Notes: a model not told the origin generated them from the sequence alone. A stretch of 64,000 nucleotides of DNA from Minisyncoccales bacterium (GCA_049302755.1 JBAQMK010000004.1:36392-100391), one strand, 5' to 3'. Numbered from the stretch's first letter, positions 1-11,217 are shown. A program made the numbers and translations.

Positions 1-417
1 TTTTTTTCTCATTTCTATTGCTATCTCGGCTAATCTTTTCAAACTCTCTCGATTGGGAGTATCCGGATCTTCAATCATTTCTAAAAGAGTATTTCCTTTG
101 TAATCAAATCTTTTTAATAATTCAAAAAACAAAACTTCGGTCTGAAAAATAGCTTTTTTGTATTTCTTGTCATCCAAAAGAGCAGATATTTCTTTAGCTC
201 GGCTAGAAAAAGATTTCGGCGGGGCATACCTTTGGAAGCTTAAAAAATCCATCGTCCTTCTTCTCACATCTTTAATTATTGTTCCGTCTTTAATATTGTA
301 ATAAACAATGGCGTAGATAAAAATAACGGAAATAGTCAAAGCCACTATCTTAAAAGGAAGCAAGAATTGCGAAAAATCCTTTGATTCAAGAAATATTGTG
401 ATGTCATTTATTGTCAT
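1..417 (-). CDS. hypothetical membrane protein, partial (C-terminus beyond window edge)
   Basis: Frame is open from ATG at 415-417 to position 1. The ATG overlaps the last 14 nt of gatA in another frame. Absent from the ORF track because no stop lies in the window. Translation [40 protein letters not shown]... has one TM-like segment. Confidence 0.35.
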   Translation of the reverse strand, partial: MTINDITIFLESKDFSQFLLPFKIVALTISVIFIYAIVYYNIKDGTIIKDVRRRTMDFLSFQRYAPPKSFSSRAKEISALLDDKKYKKAIFQTEVLFFELLKRFDYKGNTLLEMIEDPDTPNRESLKRLAEIAIEMRKK

Positions 418-1837
418 ATTTTTTCTCAAATAACGAAGCGATACTTAATAATTTTTCTTCTTCAAATGGAGCTCCGATTAAATGCATTCCGATCGGCAAT
501 CCTGATTCTGATTTACCGCAAGGAATGGATATACCCGGAAGTCCGGCTAAATTAACAGAAACGGTATAAATATCCGCCAAGTACATTGACATCGGGTCAT
601 CTGACTTCTCCCCTATCTTAAACGGCAAACAAGGGGCAACCGGTCCCAAAATCACATCAACTTTCTCAAAGGCTTTTTCAAAATCATGTTTAATTAATGT
701 TCTCGCTTTCAGCGCTTTTTTGTAATAAGCATCGTAATAGCCCGAAGACAAAGTATATGTTCCGAGCATGATTCTTTTCTTAACTTCTTTTCCGAATCCG
801 TTGGTTCTATTTTTTAAATAAATATCAACTATCTTTTCCGCTTCTTCGTCTTTAATTGTTTTTCCATAACGAAGACCGTCAAAACGAGCCAAGTTGGCAC
901 TGGCTTCAGCCGGAGCAATGATATAATAACAGGCCAAAGCGTATTCACTCATCGGCAAACTAATTTCTACAATCTCCGCTCCCAGTTCTTTATAAACATC
1001 AATCGCTTTTTTAATTGCTTGTCCTACTTCTTTGTCCAACCCTTCGGCAAAATATTCTTTAGGAACTCCGATTCTTAATTTATTTAAATTATTTTCAATT
1101 TCAGAATTAATACTGGTTGAATCCATCGGGTCGCTTCCCTTGATCGCATCAAAAACAATTTTTGCGTCAGTAACATTTTTGGTTAACGGTCCAATCTGGT
1201 CCAAAGAAGAAGCATAAGCAATCAAGCCGTATCGAGAAACGGCTCCGTAGGTCGGTTTTAATCCAGCGATACCGCAAAAAGAAGCTGGTTGCCTGATTGA
1301 GCCACCAGTATCTGAGCCTAAGGCATAAACACACATATCAGCGGCAACAGCTGCAGCCGAACCGCCCGAAGAACCACCGGGCACTCTTTCTAAATCATGA
1401 GGATTCTTAGTCGGAAAAAAGGCTGAATTCTCACAAGAAGAACCCATGGCAAATTCATCGAGATTGGTTTTTCCTAAAAACACCGCCCCCATCTTTTCTA
1501 ATTTTTCAATCACTGTGGCATTATATGTTGCAACATAATTTTCCAAAAACTTAGAACCGGCCGTACATTTAACACCTTTAATCAAAATATTATCTTTGAT
1601 AGCGCAAGGAATACCAGTTAAGGAATATATTTCTTTGTTTTTAATCATCTCATCGGCTTTTTTCGCCTGTTCCATAGCTGTTTCCGGAGTAACGGTGATA
1701 TATGCTTTAACTTCCTTGTCTTTTTCTTTAATCTTATCTAAAAAAGCTTTGGTTAATTCAACCGAAGTGAAATCTCCATTCTTTAATCCGGCACTCGCTT
1801 CCACAATATTTAATTTTGTTAAATCAATTGTCTTCAT
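404..1837 (-). CDS. gatA: Glu/Asp-tRNA amidotransferase subunit A
   Basis: 477 aa with amidase signature [13 protein letters not shown] and [10 protein letters not shown]. Overlaps gatC by 14 nt. Confidence 0.95.
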   Translation of the reverse strand: MKTIDLTKLNIVEASAGLKNGDFTSVELTKAFLDKIKEKDKEVKAYITVTPETAMEQAKKADEMIKNKEIYSLTGIPCAIKDNILIKGVKCTAGSKFLENYVATYNATVIEKLEKMGAVFLGKTNLDEFAMGSSCENSAFFPTKNPHDLERVPGGSSGGSAAAVAADMCVYALGSDTGGSIRQPASFCGIAGLKPTYGAVSRYGLIAYASSLDQIGPLTKNVTDAKIVFDAIKGSDPMDSTSINSEIENNLNKLRIGVPKEYFAEGLDKEVGQAIKKAIDVYKELGAEIVEISLPMSEYALACYYIIAPAEASANLARFDGLRYGKTIKDEEAEKIVDIYLKNRTNGFGKEVKKRIMLGTYTLSSGYYDAYYKKALKARTLIKHDFEKAFEKVDVILGPVAPCLPFKIGEKSDDPMSMYLADIYTVSVNLAGLPGISIPCGKSESGLPIGMHLIGAPFEEEKLLSIASLFEKKYDNK

Positions 1838-2117
1838 TGTAGAGAATCTTTTTAACCTGCATGTAATTATCTTTTCTTCTTGATAGAGCGCTCAATAAGT
1901 CTTCGGAATCTTTCTCTTTAGCAACGTCTCCCCTAAAAACATTTTCGGTTTTAGAAAGATTGGCTGTTTCGGTAATATCAGAAACATCAAGTTCTTGAAG
2001 CTTTTTAACATATTCCAAAATAGAAGAAAACTTTTCTCTAATTTCATCTATTTCCTCGTCTTTAATCTCTAAATACGAGAGTTTAGCGATATTTTTTATT
2101 TCTTCTTCCGATATCAT
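1824..2117 (-). CDS. gatC: Glu/Asp-tRNA amidotransferase subunit C
   Basis: 97 aa with a GatC-like N-terminus ([14 protein letters not shown]...). Translationally coupled to gatA. Confidence 0.85.
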   Translation of the reverse strand: MISEEEIKNIAKLSYLEIKDEEIDEIREKFSSILEYVKKLQELDVSDITETANLSKTENVFRGDVAKEKDSEDLLSALSRRKDNYMQVKKILYNEDN

Positions 2118-2156
2118 ATGATTAATATATACTAATCTTTGCCTTTGGGCAACTCA

Positions 2157-2447
2157 CTAAAAAAGCTCTTTAGCCTTATTCCAAATATCCTGAATGGCCA
2201 AAGGAACGTCTTTAATAATCTCACTCAATTCCCTTTCAAATTCCTGTCTTACCTCGACTCCAAAGCTTTTCTCTATCCACGGTTTCATGTCGTTATTAAT
2301 CCAATTTAAAAAGATATTCCAGTATTCCGCTATCTTGGGAAACCATTCATCCCAAATAGTTTTTATCGAATTTCCATCAAAAGCAAAACAAAATCCTACT
2401 GATAAAAAGGAAATTATTAAAACGAATAAAAGAATTCTTTTAAACAT
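2157..2447 (-). CDS. small secreted/membrane hypothetical protein
   Basis: 96 aa with N-terminal signal-like segment MFKRILLFVLIISFLSVGFCFA. No recognisable domain. Confidence 0.5.
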   Translation of the reverse strand: MFKRILLFVLIISFLSVGFCFAFDGNSIKTIWDEWFPKIAEYWNIFLNWINNDMKPWIEKSFGVEVRQEFERELSEIIKDVPLAIQDIWNKAKELF

Positions 2448-2448
2448 A

Positions 2449-3969
2449 TTATTTTAATTTATTGATTGCTTCGTCAATTCTTTTGATAGTTTTCTCTTTG
2501 CCTAAAACAAAAGCTATTTCCATTGGCCCAGCGGAATTCTTTTTTCCAGACAAAGCGGCACGCAAAGGCCACAATAGATTACCTCTATTGGTAAGCTTGT
2601 TCGCCTCTTCCAGCAATTCTTTTTCCAGATTTTCTTTATTAAATTCGATATTAGAAATAATCTCTTTGGCTTTATTCAATGAATCAATAATTTCTAAATT
2701 ACTCATCTCTTTCCATTTTAATAAATCGGCAGAATAATCTAATTCTTTTTTAAAACAGAAATCAATTAATTCCACAATCTCGGAAATCTTTTTCAATCTT
2801 TCGTGATACAGAGCAACCATCTTTTCAATTTCTTCAAGATGAATTTCTTCTCCGGTTTCAATAATTGAATATTTTTCTACGGCAATCTCTTTAATTAAAT
2901 CTGCTTTGATTAAATAAGGAACGCATTTAAGAGTTAAATCATACAGTGACATTTTGCGAATATAGAAACCATTTATCCAGTCTAATTTATCAACATTGAA
3001 AATAGCGGCCGACTTCTGTATTTTTTCAATTGAAAAATCGGAAATCAATTCGTCAAAAGAATAAATTTCTTTTTCGGTTCCCGGATTCCAGCCCAAGAAA
3101 GCAATAAAGTTTAATATTGCCTCTGGCAAATATCCTTCATCTTTATAATCAATCAAAGATGTCTTACTCGTTCTTTTGGATAACTTCTTCTTGTCCGTTC
3201 CCAATATTAAGGCTAAGTGAGCATACTTTGGTTCTTCAAAATCCAAAGCACGAATAATCAAAATCTGCTTGGGAGTATTGGGAATATGGTCTTCTCCGCG
3301 AATAACATGAGTGATTTCCATTTCCACATCATCAACCGCACAGGTAAAATTAAACAGAGCATTATCCAAATCTTTGGCTAAAACAAAATCTCCCATGGTT
3401 TCGGTATTGACCTCGATTTCTCCTCTGATTAAATCATTAAAAGAAACCTTAGTATCAATCGGAGTCCTGAAACGAATAACCGAAGGTCTTCCCTCTTTTA
3501 AATATTTCTCTACGGTTTCTTTGGGTAAATCTCGGCATGCTCCTCGATAGACCGGAGATTCACCAAGCGACATTAAATGCTGTTTCTGAGCCTCCACCTC
3601 TTCTTTAGAACAGAAACAGTAATAGGCATGGCCGTCTTTCAGCATCTGCTCTAAATATTTTCTATATATCCCCTTTCTTTCGCTTTGCCTGTAGGGGGCA
3701 TGTTCTCCGATATAATCTCCCGAATTAACAACCGGACCTTCGTCCCAATCAATTCCCATCCAGTTTAGACCCATCAATAATTCATCTTCCCATTCTTTTT
3801 TAGATCTCTCCAAATCAGTATCTTCAATTCTTAAAATAAACGTTCCTTTATTTTTTCTGGCAAAAAGAAAAGGAAATAAAGCCGTTCTGATTGTTCCAAT
3901 ATGAAGATGCCCGGTCGGAGACGGTGCAAATCTGGTCCTTATTCTTTTTTCTTCTTTTTTGGCAATCAT
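2449..3969 (-). CDS. gltX: glutamyl-tRNA synthetase
   Basis: 506 aa with class I HIGH box (PSPTGHLHIGT) and KMSKS-type KLSKR. Confidence 0.95.
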   Translation of the reverse strand: MIAKKEEKRIRTRFAPSPTGHLHIGTIRTALFPFLFARKNKGTFILRIEDTDLERSKKEWEDELLMGLNWMGIDWDEGPVVNSGDYIGEHAPYRQSERKGIYRKYLEQMLKDGHAYYCFCSKEEVEAQKQHLMSLGESPVYRGACRDLPKETVEKYLKEGRPSVIRFRTPIDTKVSFNDLIRGEIEVNTETMGDFVLAKDLDNALFNFTCAVDDVEMEITHVIRGEDHIPNTPKQILIIRALDFEEPKYAHLALILGTDKKKLSKRTSKTSLIDYKDEGYLPEAILNFIAFLGWNPGTEKEIYSFDELISDFSIEKIQKSAAIFNVDKLDWINGFYIRKMSLYDLTLKCVPYLIKADLIKEIAVEKYSIIETGEEIHLEEIEKMVALYHERLKKISEIVELIDFCFKKELDYSADLLKWKEMSNLEIIDSLNKAKEIISNIEFNKENLEKELLEEANKLTNRGNLLWPLRAALSGKKNSAGPMEIAFVLGKEKTIKRIDEAINKLK

Positions 3970-3972
3970 ATA

Positions 3973-5091
3973 TTATGCTAAGAAATCTAACACATATCTG
4001 GCGATAATAATAGCTGCGTACGGTTTAGAGAAAAGCTCCGCTCCCCGGCTCATCGTTTCTTTGTCTTCCTTGAAAATATCTTTTAATTTTTCAAAAAAGA
4101 AATGAGGAGTAAAATTGCCTTCTTCTAATACCAAACAAGCGCCGTTTTTAGCGTAGGAATAAGCATTTCTTACCTGATGGTTCTGAGCGGCATTCGGAAG
4201 AGGTATTAAAATACTGGGTTTTTTTAATAAAGCTATTTCAAATATTGTTCCGGCTCCAGCCCGGGCGACGATACATTCCGCAACAGCATAGGCTAAAGTC
4301 AATTCTTTTTCATCTAAAAAGAACATCGGATGATAATATCTTAATAATTTCTCATCGATCATCGCCATAGATTCATTTTTCACTCTTTTGAATCCTTCTA
4401 TTCCGGTTTGATGAATAATCTCAAAATCCTGAAGTGCGTCGACTAAAACATTTAAAACAACTTCGTTTACTTTCTCGCTACCCTGCGATCCTCCTAAAAT
4501 CAAAACGACCGGCTTTTCTCCGCTTAAATTAAACAAAGTCTTGGCTTCTTCTTTATTGCCGAGGGTTAAGACACTCCTTACCGGGTTCCCGCTTTCAATC
4601 ATCTTGTCTTTAGGAAAATCTTCTATTTCGGAAGCCGGAAAAGAAACAAATATTTTCTCCGAAAGCTTGCCTCCTATTTTATTAGCCAATCCCGCTACAA
4701 CATCTGATTCATGCATAAAAATCGGGATTCTTAAAATCCATCCGGCAACAATCACCGGGAATGAACCGAATCCTCCCTTGCTCACAATCACATCGGGAGC
4801 GATAAAAAACATTATTACAAAAGCTTGAAAAATTCCGAAAGGAATTTTAATTAAAACATCTATGATATTGGCAAAAAAAGCACCGATAGAAAAATATCTT
4901 CTTAATTTTCCGGAAGAAATATAATAGGCTTTAATCTTCGCCTGAGGCAAAAAAGTATTGGAAGTAAAATCAGAGGATCCGATATACTCTAAAATCAAAT
5001 TAGTATCTCTTTTTCTCATTTCTTCAGCAATGGCGATAATGGGAAAAATGTGTCCGCCTGTTCCTCCTCCTGTAAACAATATTCTTTTCAT
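3973..5091 (-). CDS. murG: lipid II synthase, UDP-GlcNAc:MurNAc-pentapeptide-undecaprenol GlcNAc transferase
   Basis: 372 aa with N-terminal GGGTGGHIFP glycine loop typical of MurG. Confidence 0.93.
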   Translation of the reverse strand: MKRILFTGGGTGGHIFPIIAIAEEMRKRDTNLILEYIGSSDFTSNTFLPQAKIKAYYISSGKLRRYFSIGAFFANIIDVLIKIPFGIFQAFVIMFFIAPDVIVSKGGFGSFPVIVAGWILRIPIFMHESDVVAGLANKIGGKLSEKIFVSFPASEIEDFPKDKMIESGNPVRSVLTLGNKEEAKTLFNLSGEKPVVLILGGSQGSEKVNEVVLNVLVDALQDFEIIHQTGIEGFKRVKNESMAMIDEKLLRYYHPMFFLDEKELTLAYAVAECIVARAGAGTIFEIALLKKPSILIPLPNAAQNHQVRNAYSYAKNGACLVLEEGNFTPHFFFEKLKDIFKEDKETMSRGAELFSKPYAAIIIARYVLDFLA

Positions 5092-5133
5092 ACATTAAAT
5101 ATATCATTTTTAGGCTTTAAAACAAGTGGCTCT

Positions 5134-5529
5134 CTACTTGTTTTTGTAGAGTTTGATAATTTGCTCCACCACCTCTAAAACCTCCTTGGTGGTGCAGTCG
5201 CGTTTGAACATAAAGGCAGCCGCTCCAAATTCTTTGTATTTTTTACGGTCTTCCGAGCTATCAAGATTGCTGAAAACTATTACCGGAATATTTTTAGTGT
5301 CCGGATTACTCTTAACTTTTTTTAAATACTCATAGCCCTGTTCGGCGATAACATTGTCCGGCTTAGGAATAACGATATCCAATAAAACAATATCCGGCTT
5401 TTCCAATTCGGTTAAATTCAGCGCTTTTTGGATATCAAAAGTGGTTATGAATTCATATCCATTTTTCTGAAAAACATCTCGATAGATATCGACTAACGGT
5501 TTTTCCTCATCGATAAAAAGTACTTTCAT
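5134..5529 (-). CDS. stand-alone response-regulator receiver domain
   Basis: 131 aa with acidic pocket IDEE, phospho-acceptor LLDIVIP, S at VFSNL and K at FMFK. No output domain. Confidence 0.85.
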   Translation of the reverse strand: MKVLFIDEEKPLVDIYRDVFQKNGYEFITTFDIQKALNLTELEKPDIVLLDIVIPKPDNVIAEQGYEYLKKVKSNPDTKNIPVIVFSNLDSSEDRKKYKEFGAAAFMFKRDCTTKEVLEVVEQIIKLYKNK

Positions 5530-5533
5530 ATTT

Positions 5534-7771
5534 TTAAAATATTTCTATTTTATTTGGCTTATTAACTAAAACCTTAGTTTCTTCTTGATTTTTATAAATC
5601 GGAACCGTAAAGCTGAAAGTAGTCCCCTGGTTTTCTCCTTTACTATAGAAAGATATTTCTCCTCCGTTTCCTTCAACAATCTTTTTAGCAACATATAATC
5701 CAAGACCCGAACCATTAGGATTCATTTTTAAAGCACTGGAACTTCTTGAAAATTTTTGAAAAATCTTGATGCGGTCTTCCTCGGATATCCCCGCCCCGGT
5801 ATCTTTTACATTAATTTTCAAAAAATCATTATCCAATTCATATGAAACAACAATTTTTCCTTTATAAGTATAATTGACGGCATTATCCAAAAGATTGGAA
5901 ATAACGTGGGTTATTTTCTGCAAATCACACCAGACATCGGGAATTTTAAAATCGGGTTTTTCAACTTCTAATTTTAATTTTCTTGTTTTAACATTATTTA
6001 ATTCTTTCTTCTCTTTTATCATCTTCATTACCAAAGAAGACATGCTAACTTTTTCAGGCTCCATTTTCATTTTCTCTCCTTCCAATTTGTAAGCATCCCA
6101 AAAAGCGGACACGGTATCGATAATTCTGTCTAATCCAGATTCAATAATCGGAATGGCTTTTTCCGGAGGATAATCTCCATCCCTCATCATGGAAAAATAA
6201 CCTCTCATAATTGATAAAGGCGTATTTAACTGATGATTGACCACTCTTAAAAAGTCTGACTTCATATTAAGCAACTCCTGCAGGTATTCTTTTTGCTTTT
6301 CAATATTTTTTGTCTGTTCGTCAACTTTATTCTTCAATGTTTTTCCGAACTCTTCAATCTCCTTGTACTGTCTGGCATTTTCTATCGCAATACTGGCCTG
6401 CTTTGACAAAATATCCAATAATTTCAAATCTTCATCGGTATAGGCATCGCCGGAAATCTTCGAACCCAAAACAATAATTCCAATCAGTTTTTTATTAGAC
6501 ATCAAAGGTAAGCATAGAGCGGCTTCGATTTCTCTCATGTGAATATAAAGGCGGAGTAAGTTCTTCTCGTCTTTTTTATCCCCTTCATTGGAAAGGATTA
6601 TCAATTCATCGCTCACCAAAGGCTTTTGGGTCTTGGCAAGATATTTAGTTAAAAAATTATCCTGCACCAAAGAGATGCCGTTTTTTTCATTAAAACCGAT
6701 AACCTTGGCAATTTGATATTTTATCGGATTCTCTTTTGTATTCACCAATAAAACTCCGGCTTTATCCAGTTGCATCGTATCTTTAATCGTATCGACGATC
6801 AATTTAATAATTTTATCCAAATCAATATAATTATTTAATTGAGCAATCAATCTGTTTATCGTTTCCTGATAATTATATAACGATACAAAAAGATATTTAT
6901 TGGCAAAAACTCTCACCGCCCGGTCAATGCTGTAGAAAAACCAAACAAATGACGGCGCCAAGATAATACCGAAAGCATAAGAAGCGCTGTTAAAGACTCC
7001 GCCGAAAGTACGATTGTAAAAACCAATAATGGCGTAAAAAGCAATATAAGTAAAAAAGGAAACCATGAGATAAATGAATATTTTTTGAACCACTACTCTA
7101 ATATCCATCAAGCGATACCTCACCATCGCATAAAATAAAATAAAAACATAAAGTGAAGTGATAACATTTCCAAACGGCAAGATGTTTACATTATACCAAA
7201 GGAAAAAATTGGTTGCCCCGCCCAAGAAACCGATAATCGTTCCGACAATAATGTATCTTATCTGATACTGCTTAAGGCTGTTGGAACGGGAATAATTTCT
7301 GATTAATTCAATCAATCCGAATCCGACCAATCCGCCGTACGAAACTAAAAGATATATCGAATAAAGAATTCCAGCCTTGGGCCAAAAATCAAAAACCAAT
7401 ATTTTCTCCACGTCTTTTATAAATAAAGGAGAAAAAGAAAAAGACAAAAATACTAATGTGGCGATATAGCCAAACCAAAGAACTATCTTTGCTTTAATAG
7501 TTTTAATGTCTAAAAATGATAAAACCCAATGTAAATAAAACACGGGAATAAAAGTTGAACCGATGGAAAGTAATCTAGTATAAAGCAGGGCCGTATCATG
7601 GTCAGTCGATACCTGCCAGAGAAAATAAAAGAGCGACCAGAAAAAAACTGCGCCGCTCAATAAAATAAAAGTATAATTGGTTGTATTCTTACGATTCTTA
7701 AAAAATATTAAAGACCCGAGCGTTAAGCTCGTAATCGCATTAATTAAAGCTGCTAAGGCATAAAAAGTCAT
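5534..7771 (-). CDS. sensor histidine kinase (7TM sensor, GAF-like, HisKA, HATPase)
   Basis: 745 aa with about 7 N-terminal TM helices. H-box NHQLNTPLSIMRGY, N-box LLDNAVNYT, G1 DTGAGI, G2 GSGLGLYV. Confidence 0.9.
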   Translation of the reverse strand: MTFYALAALINAITSLTLGSLIFFKNRKNTTNYTFILLSGAVFFWSLFYFLWQVSTDHDTALLYTRLLSIGSTFIPVFYLHWVLSFLDIKTIKAKIVLWFGYIATLVFLSFSFSPLFIKDVEKILVFDFWPKAGILYSIYLLVSYGGLVGFGLIELIRNYSRSNSLKQYQIRYIIVGTIIGFLGGATNFFLWYNVNILPFGNVITSLYVFILFYAMVRYRLMDIRVVVQKIFIYLMVSFFTYIAFYAIIGFYNRTFGGVFNSASYAFGIILAPSFVWFFYSIDRAVRVFANKYLFVSLYNYQETINRLIAQLNNYIDLDKIIKLIVDTIKDTMQLDKAGVLLVNTKENPIKYQIAKVIGFNEKNGISLVQDNFLTKYLAKTQKPLVSDELIILSNEGDKKDEKNLLRLYIHMREIEAALCLPLMSNKKLIGIIVLGSKISGDAYTDEDLKLLDILSKQASIAIENARQYKEIEEFGKTLKNKVDEQTKNIEKQKEYLQELLNMKSDFLRVVNHQLNTPLSIMRGYFSMMRDGDYPPEKAIPIIESGLDRIIDTVSAFWDAYKLEGEKMKMEPEKVSMSSLVMKMIKEKKELNNVKTRKLKLEVEKPDFKIPDVWCDLQKITHVISNLLDNAVNYTYKGKIVVSYELDNDFLKINVKDTGAGISEEDRIKIFQKFSRSSSALKMNPNGSGLGLYVAKKIVEGNGGEISFYSKGENQGTTFSFTVPIYKNQEETKVLVNKPNKIEIF

Positions 7772-7799
7772 ATTCTTAATACTTTTGCCATATATTTAT

Positions 7800-8765
7800 T
7801 TAACTTTTCTTGGCCACCAATAATCCGTGAACTTTTAACGGCTCGTAAATTAATCTATATTCAGTGAAGCCAGCTTTTTTGGCAACGTCGCCTAAACCTT
7901 CCGGACGACGATAAACCATTGGCCAGTTAATCACCCATTTCAAAAAATGCTGTTCGATATTCGGATGGATATTGCAAGTGATTAAAAAACCATTCGGCTC
8001 CAATATGTCTCTAATCTTGCTAACTACGGAAATCGCCTCTTCTTGACTGATATAATCCAAAAACCCTATCATCTCGACTATTTGCGGTTTGAATTCGCGA
8101 CACAAATCGAACATATCGTAAATGCTTCCTTTATACATTTCTATCTGATCTTCCACTCCATAATGCTTGGCAAACACTTTGGCTCTCTCGATCGCACCGC
8201 CGTCAATATCTACAAATTTTGCCCTGATAATTTTGTTTTTAGCTTTAGCTTCGGCGATTATTTCAATTGCTGATTCGGCCGAACCGCAAGCCAACGATAC
8301 AAGCCTTATCTCCCCCCCTTTATCTACTTTTGAAACAGCTTTACTTAATTCATCTTTGATAAGCTTAAGGCGATTACGAAGCCCCTGGCAATTCAATCCA
8401 AACCAATAAAAATCATCGAGTAATCCGCCGAGAGTTCTTTTAGGAGGATATGGATGATTATAAACTATTTCCATTGCTCTCCAGGTGGTAGCGTATTCTT
8501 TCACCTTTCTACTTTCTTTTCCTAGTCCATCAAAAAAAATAGAATTTATTTTGGGTTGTCCCAGTCCGAGCATTTTATAAACCTGCTTCTTAAGCATCAC
8601 GTAAAAAGTAATCAACCACATAAAAGGCAGAGACAAAACATACGGCGCGGGGCAATTTTCATATCGATCACTCCTCACGGTAAGATACGGCTTCTTAATC
8701 GTTTCTATTTCCGGAGCTTTCGGAACCGAAGCAATTTCTATCTTAACAGGTTTTTTATTATGCAT
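7800..8765 (-). CDS. class I SAM-dependent methyltransferase, substrate unknown
   Basis: 321 aa with motif I-like LVSLACGSAE followed by FVDIDG. Has an N-terminal hydrophobic segment. Confidence 0.6.
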   Translation of the reverse strand: MHNKKPVKIEIASVPKAPEIETIKKPYLTVRSDRYENCPAPYVLSLPFMWLITFYVMLKKQVYKMLGLGQPKINSIFFDGLGKESRKVKEYATTWRAMEIVYNHPYPPKRTLGGLLDDFYWFGLNCQGLRNRLKLIKDELSKAVSKVDKGGEIRLVSLACGSAESAIEIIAEAKAKNKIIRAKFVDIDGGAIERAKVFAKHYGVEDQIEMYKGSIYDMFDLCREFKPQIVEMIGFLDYISQEEAISVVSKIRDILEPNGFLITCNIHPNIEQHFLKWVINWPMVYRRPEGLGDVAKKAGFTEYRLIYEPLKVHGLLVAKKS

Positions 8766-8782
8766 ATGTTTATATTAAAATT

Positions 8783-8811
8783 ATTATAACAATTTAGTAT
8801 TTCTTTGTAAA
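8783..8811 (-). promoter_or_regulatory. sigma70-like promoter upstream of the methyltransferase
   Basis: Minus strand reads TTTACA-17 nt-TATAAT, with TGT immediately upstream of the -10 (extended -10). Confidence 0.45.
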
Positions 8812-8821
8812 ACAAAATAGC

Positions 8822-9910
8822 TTATCTCTTAGCATATTGAGAGATATTTAATAAAACTCCGCAAGCGATCAACTCCATCATCAAATGAGAACCGCCGTAA
8901 CTGATAAAAGGCAAAGGAATTCCGGTTAAGGGAACAACTCCGATCATCGCTCCGATATTTACCAAAGTTTGAACAATAAACCAGGAACCGATACCAATCG
9001 CCATCAATCTTAAATATTCATCATTAATTCTTTTTCCTAAAGACAAAGAAGCGATAAAAAAAGCAAAAAATAAAGCGATTAAAACAACGCAACCAATAAA
9101 ACCGGTTTCTTCGGCAAAAATAGCAAAAATAGAATCAGAAATTGATTGCGGAACAAAGCCAAACTTTTGAACGCTTAATCCCAAACCCGAACCGGTGACT
9201 CCTCCCGAACCGACCGAAATCAAAGCTTGATTAATGTGATAGCTAGTTCCTAGAGTGTCGGTTTCTGGATGAAGAAAAGAGGTAACTCTTTTAAGTCTGT
9301 ACGGTTCAGAAAAAATTAATCCGGCAAATCCCACAATAGCGCTCACCCCAATTAATAGCGTTTGTTTAATCGGAGTTTTAGAACAAAAAAACATTATCAT
9401 CATGGTAGAAAAAAGAACAATCAAAGTTCCCATATCTTTTTGGAAATACAAAGCTGCACAAACTAAAACCAAAAGAATAATGAAAGCGGTAAATTTATTC
9501 CTCGCCTTCTCACTATTCAAAATAACGGCCAAATAAATAATGCAGGCTAATTTCATTATCTCCGATGGTTGAATGCTCGTAAAACCCAAATTAAGCCATC
9601 TGGTGGCACCTAATTGAGTCGTGCTCAATCCCGGAACAAAGACTAAAAGCATTAGAATCACCGCGGCAATAAAAATAAGAAAACTCCATTTCTTGATTCC
9701 GTGCAAAGAAATTTTAAAAGCAACAAAAGCCAGAATCAATCCGGGCAGCAATCCCCATAATAATTGATGAAATAAATAGTAATTAGGATTATTGGTCAAC
9801 TTTAATGATAACGGCGTTGATGAAGTAGCCAGGGCTAAAATTCCCATTACAATCAAGAGAATTATAATCACCAAAAGACTTACATCAAATGTCTTCTTTG
9901 CTTTTATCAT
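8822..9910 (-). CDS. ftsW: SEDS-family lipid II polymerase/flippase (FtsW/RodA)
   Basis: 362 aa, polytopic, with C-terminal PLPFISYGGS motif. Overlaps the murD stop by 4 nt. Confidence 0.88.
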   Translation of the reverse strand: MIKAKKTFDVSLLVIIILLIVMGILALATSSTPLSLKLTNNPNYYLFHQLLWGLLPGLILAFVAFKISLHGIKKWSFLIFIAAVILMLLVFVPGLSTTQLGATRWLNLGFTSIQPSEIMKLACIIYLAVILNSEKARNKFTAFIILLVLVCAALYFQKDMGTLIVLFSTMMIMFFCSKTPIKQTLLIGVSAIVGFAGLIFSEPYRLKRVTSFLHPETDTLGTSYHINQALISVGSGGVTGSGLGLSVQKFGFVPQSISDSIFAIFAEETGFIGCVVLIALFFAFFIASLSLGKRINDEYLRLMAIGIGSWFIVQTLVNIGAMIGVVPLTGIPLPFISYGGSHLMMELIACGVLLNISQYAKR

Positions 9911-11217
9911 TTAAAATCCTTAATATATTTTTTAAATAAATCTCCTCTTTCTTTGTAGTCTCTGAAGACACCGAAACTGGGCGAGGCCGGAGACAAAAGA
10001 CATATTTTATTTTTTGAAGTTATTTGAAAACATTTATCAACCACGTCTTTCATGTTATCAAAACTAAAATGCCTGACCTTGCCTTTCTTTTTTTCAATCT
10101 CTTTCAAAATCTTTTCTCCGGAAACAGGAAGTAAAATCAAATTCTTAACATTGCTTTTAATTATTCTATCCGCCAATTTATCAAACTTAATTCCCCTATC
10201 AAATCCTCCGACAATCAGAGTCTCGACGTCATAGCCTAAAGAATCCAAGGCGAAAATTGCCGCTTCGGGAATTGTGGAAATCGAATCGTCGTAGAATCTG
10301 ATTCCTTTTTTCTCGCCAACAAATTCCAATCGGTGTTCCGGCCTTTTAAACTTTTTAAAAGCTTTGATAATTTTCTCTTCTTTGATTTCCATTATCTTGG
10401 CGACGTTTAAAACCGCGATCAAATTATCAAGATGAGTAATTTCCAAAAATCCTTGGTTGTCTTTTAAAAATTTAGAAAAATCAAGAGAATTGATCTCAAT
10501 TTTCTTTGATTTAGCTTTTTTAGCCAAATCGCTTATTTCTTTAATCTTAGGATTAAAAATAAAATAATCATTCTTCTTTTGGTACTTAACGATATTTGTT
10601 TTAGCCGAGAAATATTCCTTAAAACTTTTATAATAATCCAAATGCTCGGGGTAAATATTTAAAAATACAGCAATATGAGGACTCTCTTCCAAGCTCTGTA
10701 ATTGATGAGAAGATAACTCGTAGACGAAAACATCATTCTTTTTAGCGGTTAAAAGAAAAGATAATGAAGGAGTTTCAATATTTCCCACGAGATATGCTTT
10801 CAATCCCGCTTCTTTTAAAACCGAATAAATCAAAGACGAAGTAGTGCTTTTACCCTTGGTTCCCGTTACTCCAATAATCATCGAGGGGCAATTATCGAAA
10901 AATAAATCCGTCTGTCCCGTTACTTTTGTTTTTTGGCTTAAATATTTTTTAATACTCGCGAAAGATATTCCCGGAGATTTTAGGACAACATCAAATCCTT
11001 TAATGCTTTTCAAATAATCTTCTCCTAAAAACACTTCAACGTTCTTGTCATTCAACAGTTTCCTTGTCTTTAAATCCATTTCTTCAAATTTTTTCTTGTC
11101 CGCAACGAATAATTTCTTTTTAGGAAACTTTTTCCTTAGAAAAACAAAAGAATCGGCACCTTCCCTGCCTATTCCCAAAATTAAAACCTTTTTCTTTTCT
11201 AAAGAATTAATTTTCAT
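9907..11217 (-). CDS. murD: UDP-MurNAc-L-Ala:glutamate ligase
   Basis: 436 aa with Mur ligase P-loop GVTGTKGKSTT and a Rossmann-like N-terminus LILGIGREG. Confidence 0.9.
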   Translation of the reverse strand: MKINSLEKKKVLILGIGREGADSFVFLRKKFPKKKLFVADKKKFEEMDLKTRKLLNDKNVEVFLGEDYLKSIKGFDVVLKSPGISFASIKKYLSQKTKVTGQTDLFFDNCPSMIIGVTGTKGKSTTSSLIYSVLKEAGLKAYLVGNIETPSLSFLLTAKKNDVFVYELSSHQLQSLEESPHIAVFLNIYPEHLDYYKSFKEYFSAKTNIVKYQKKNDYFIFNPKIKEISDLAKKAKSKKIEINSLDFSKFLKDNQGFLEITHLDNLIAVLNVAKIMEIKEEKIIKAFKKFKRPEHRLEFVGEKKGIRFYDDSISTIPEAAIFALDSLGYDVETLIVGGFDRGIKFDKLADRIIKSNVKNLILLPVSGEKILKEIEKKKGKVRHFSFDNMKDVVDKCFQITSKNKICLLSPASPSFGVFRDYKERGDLFKKYIKDFK

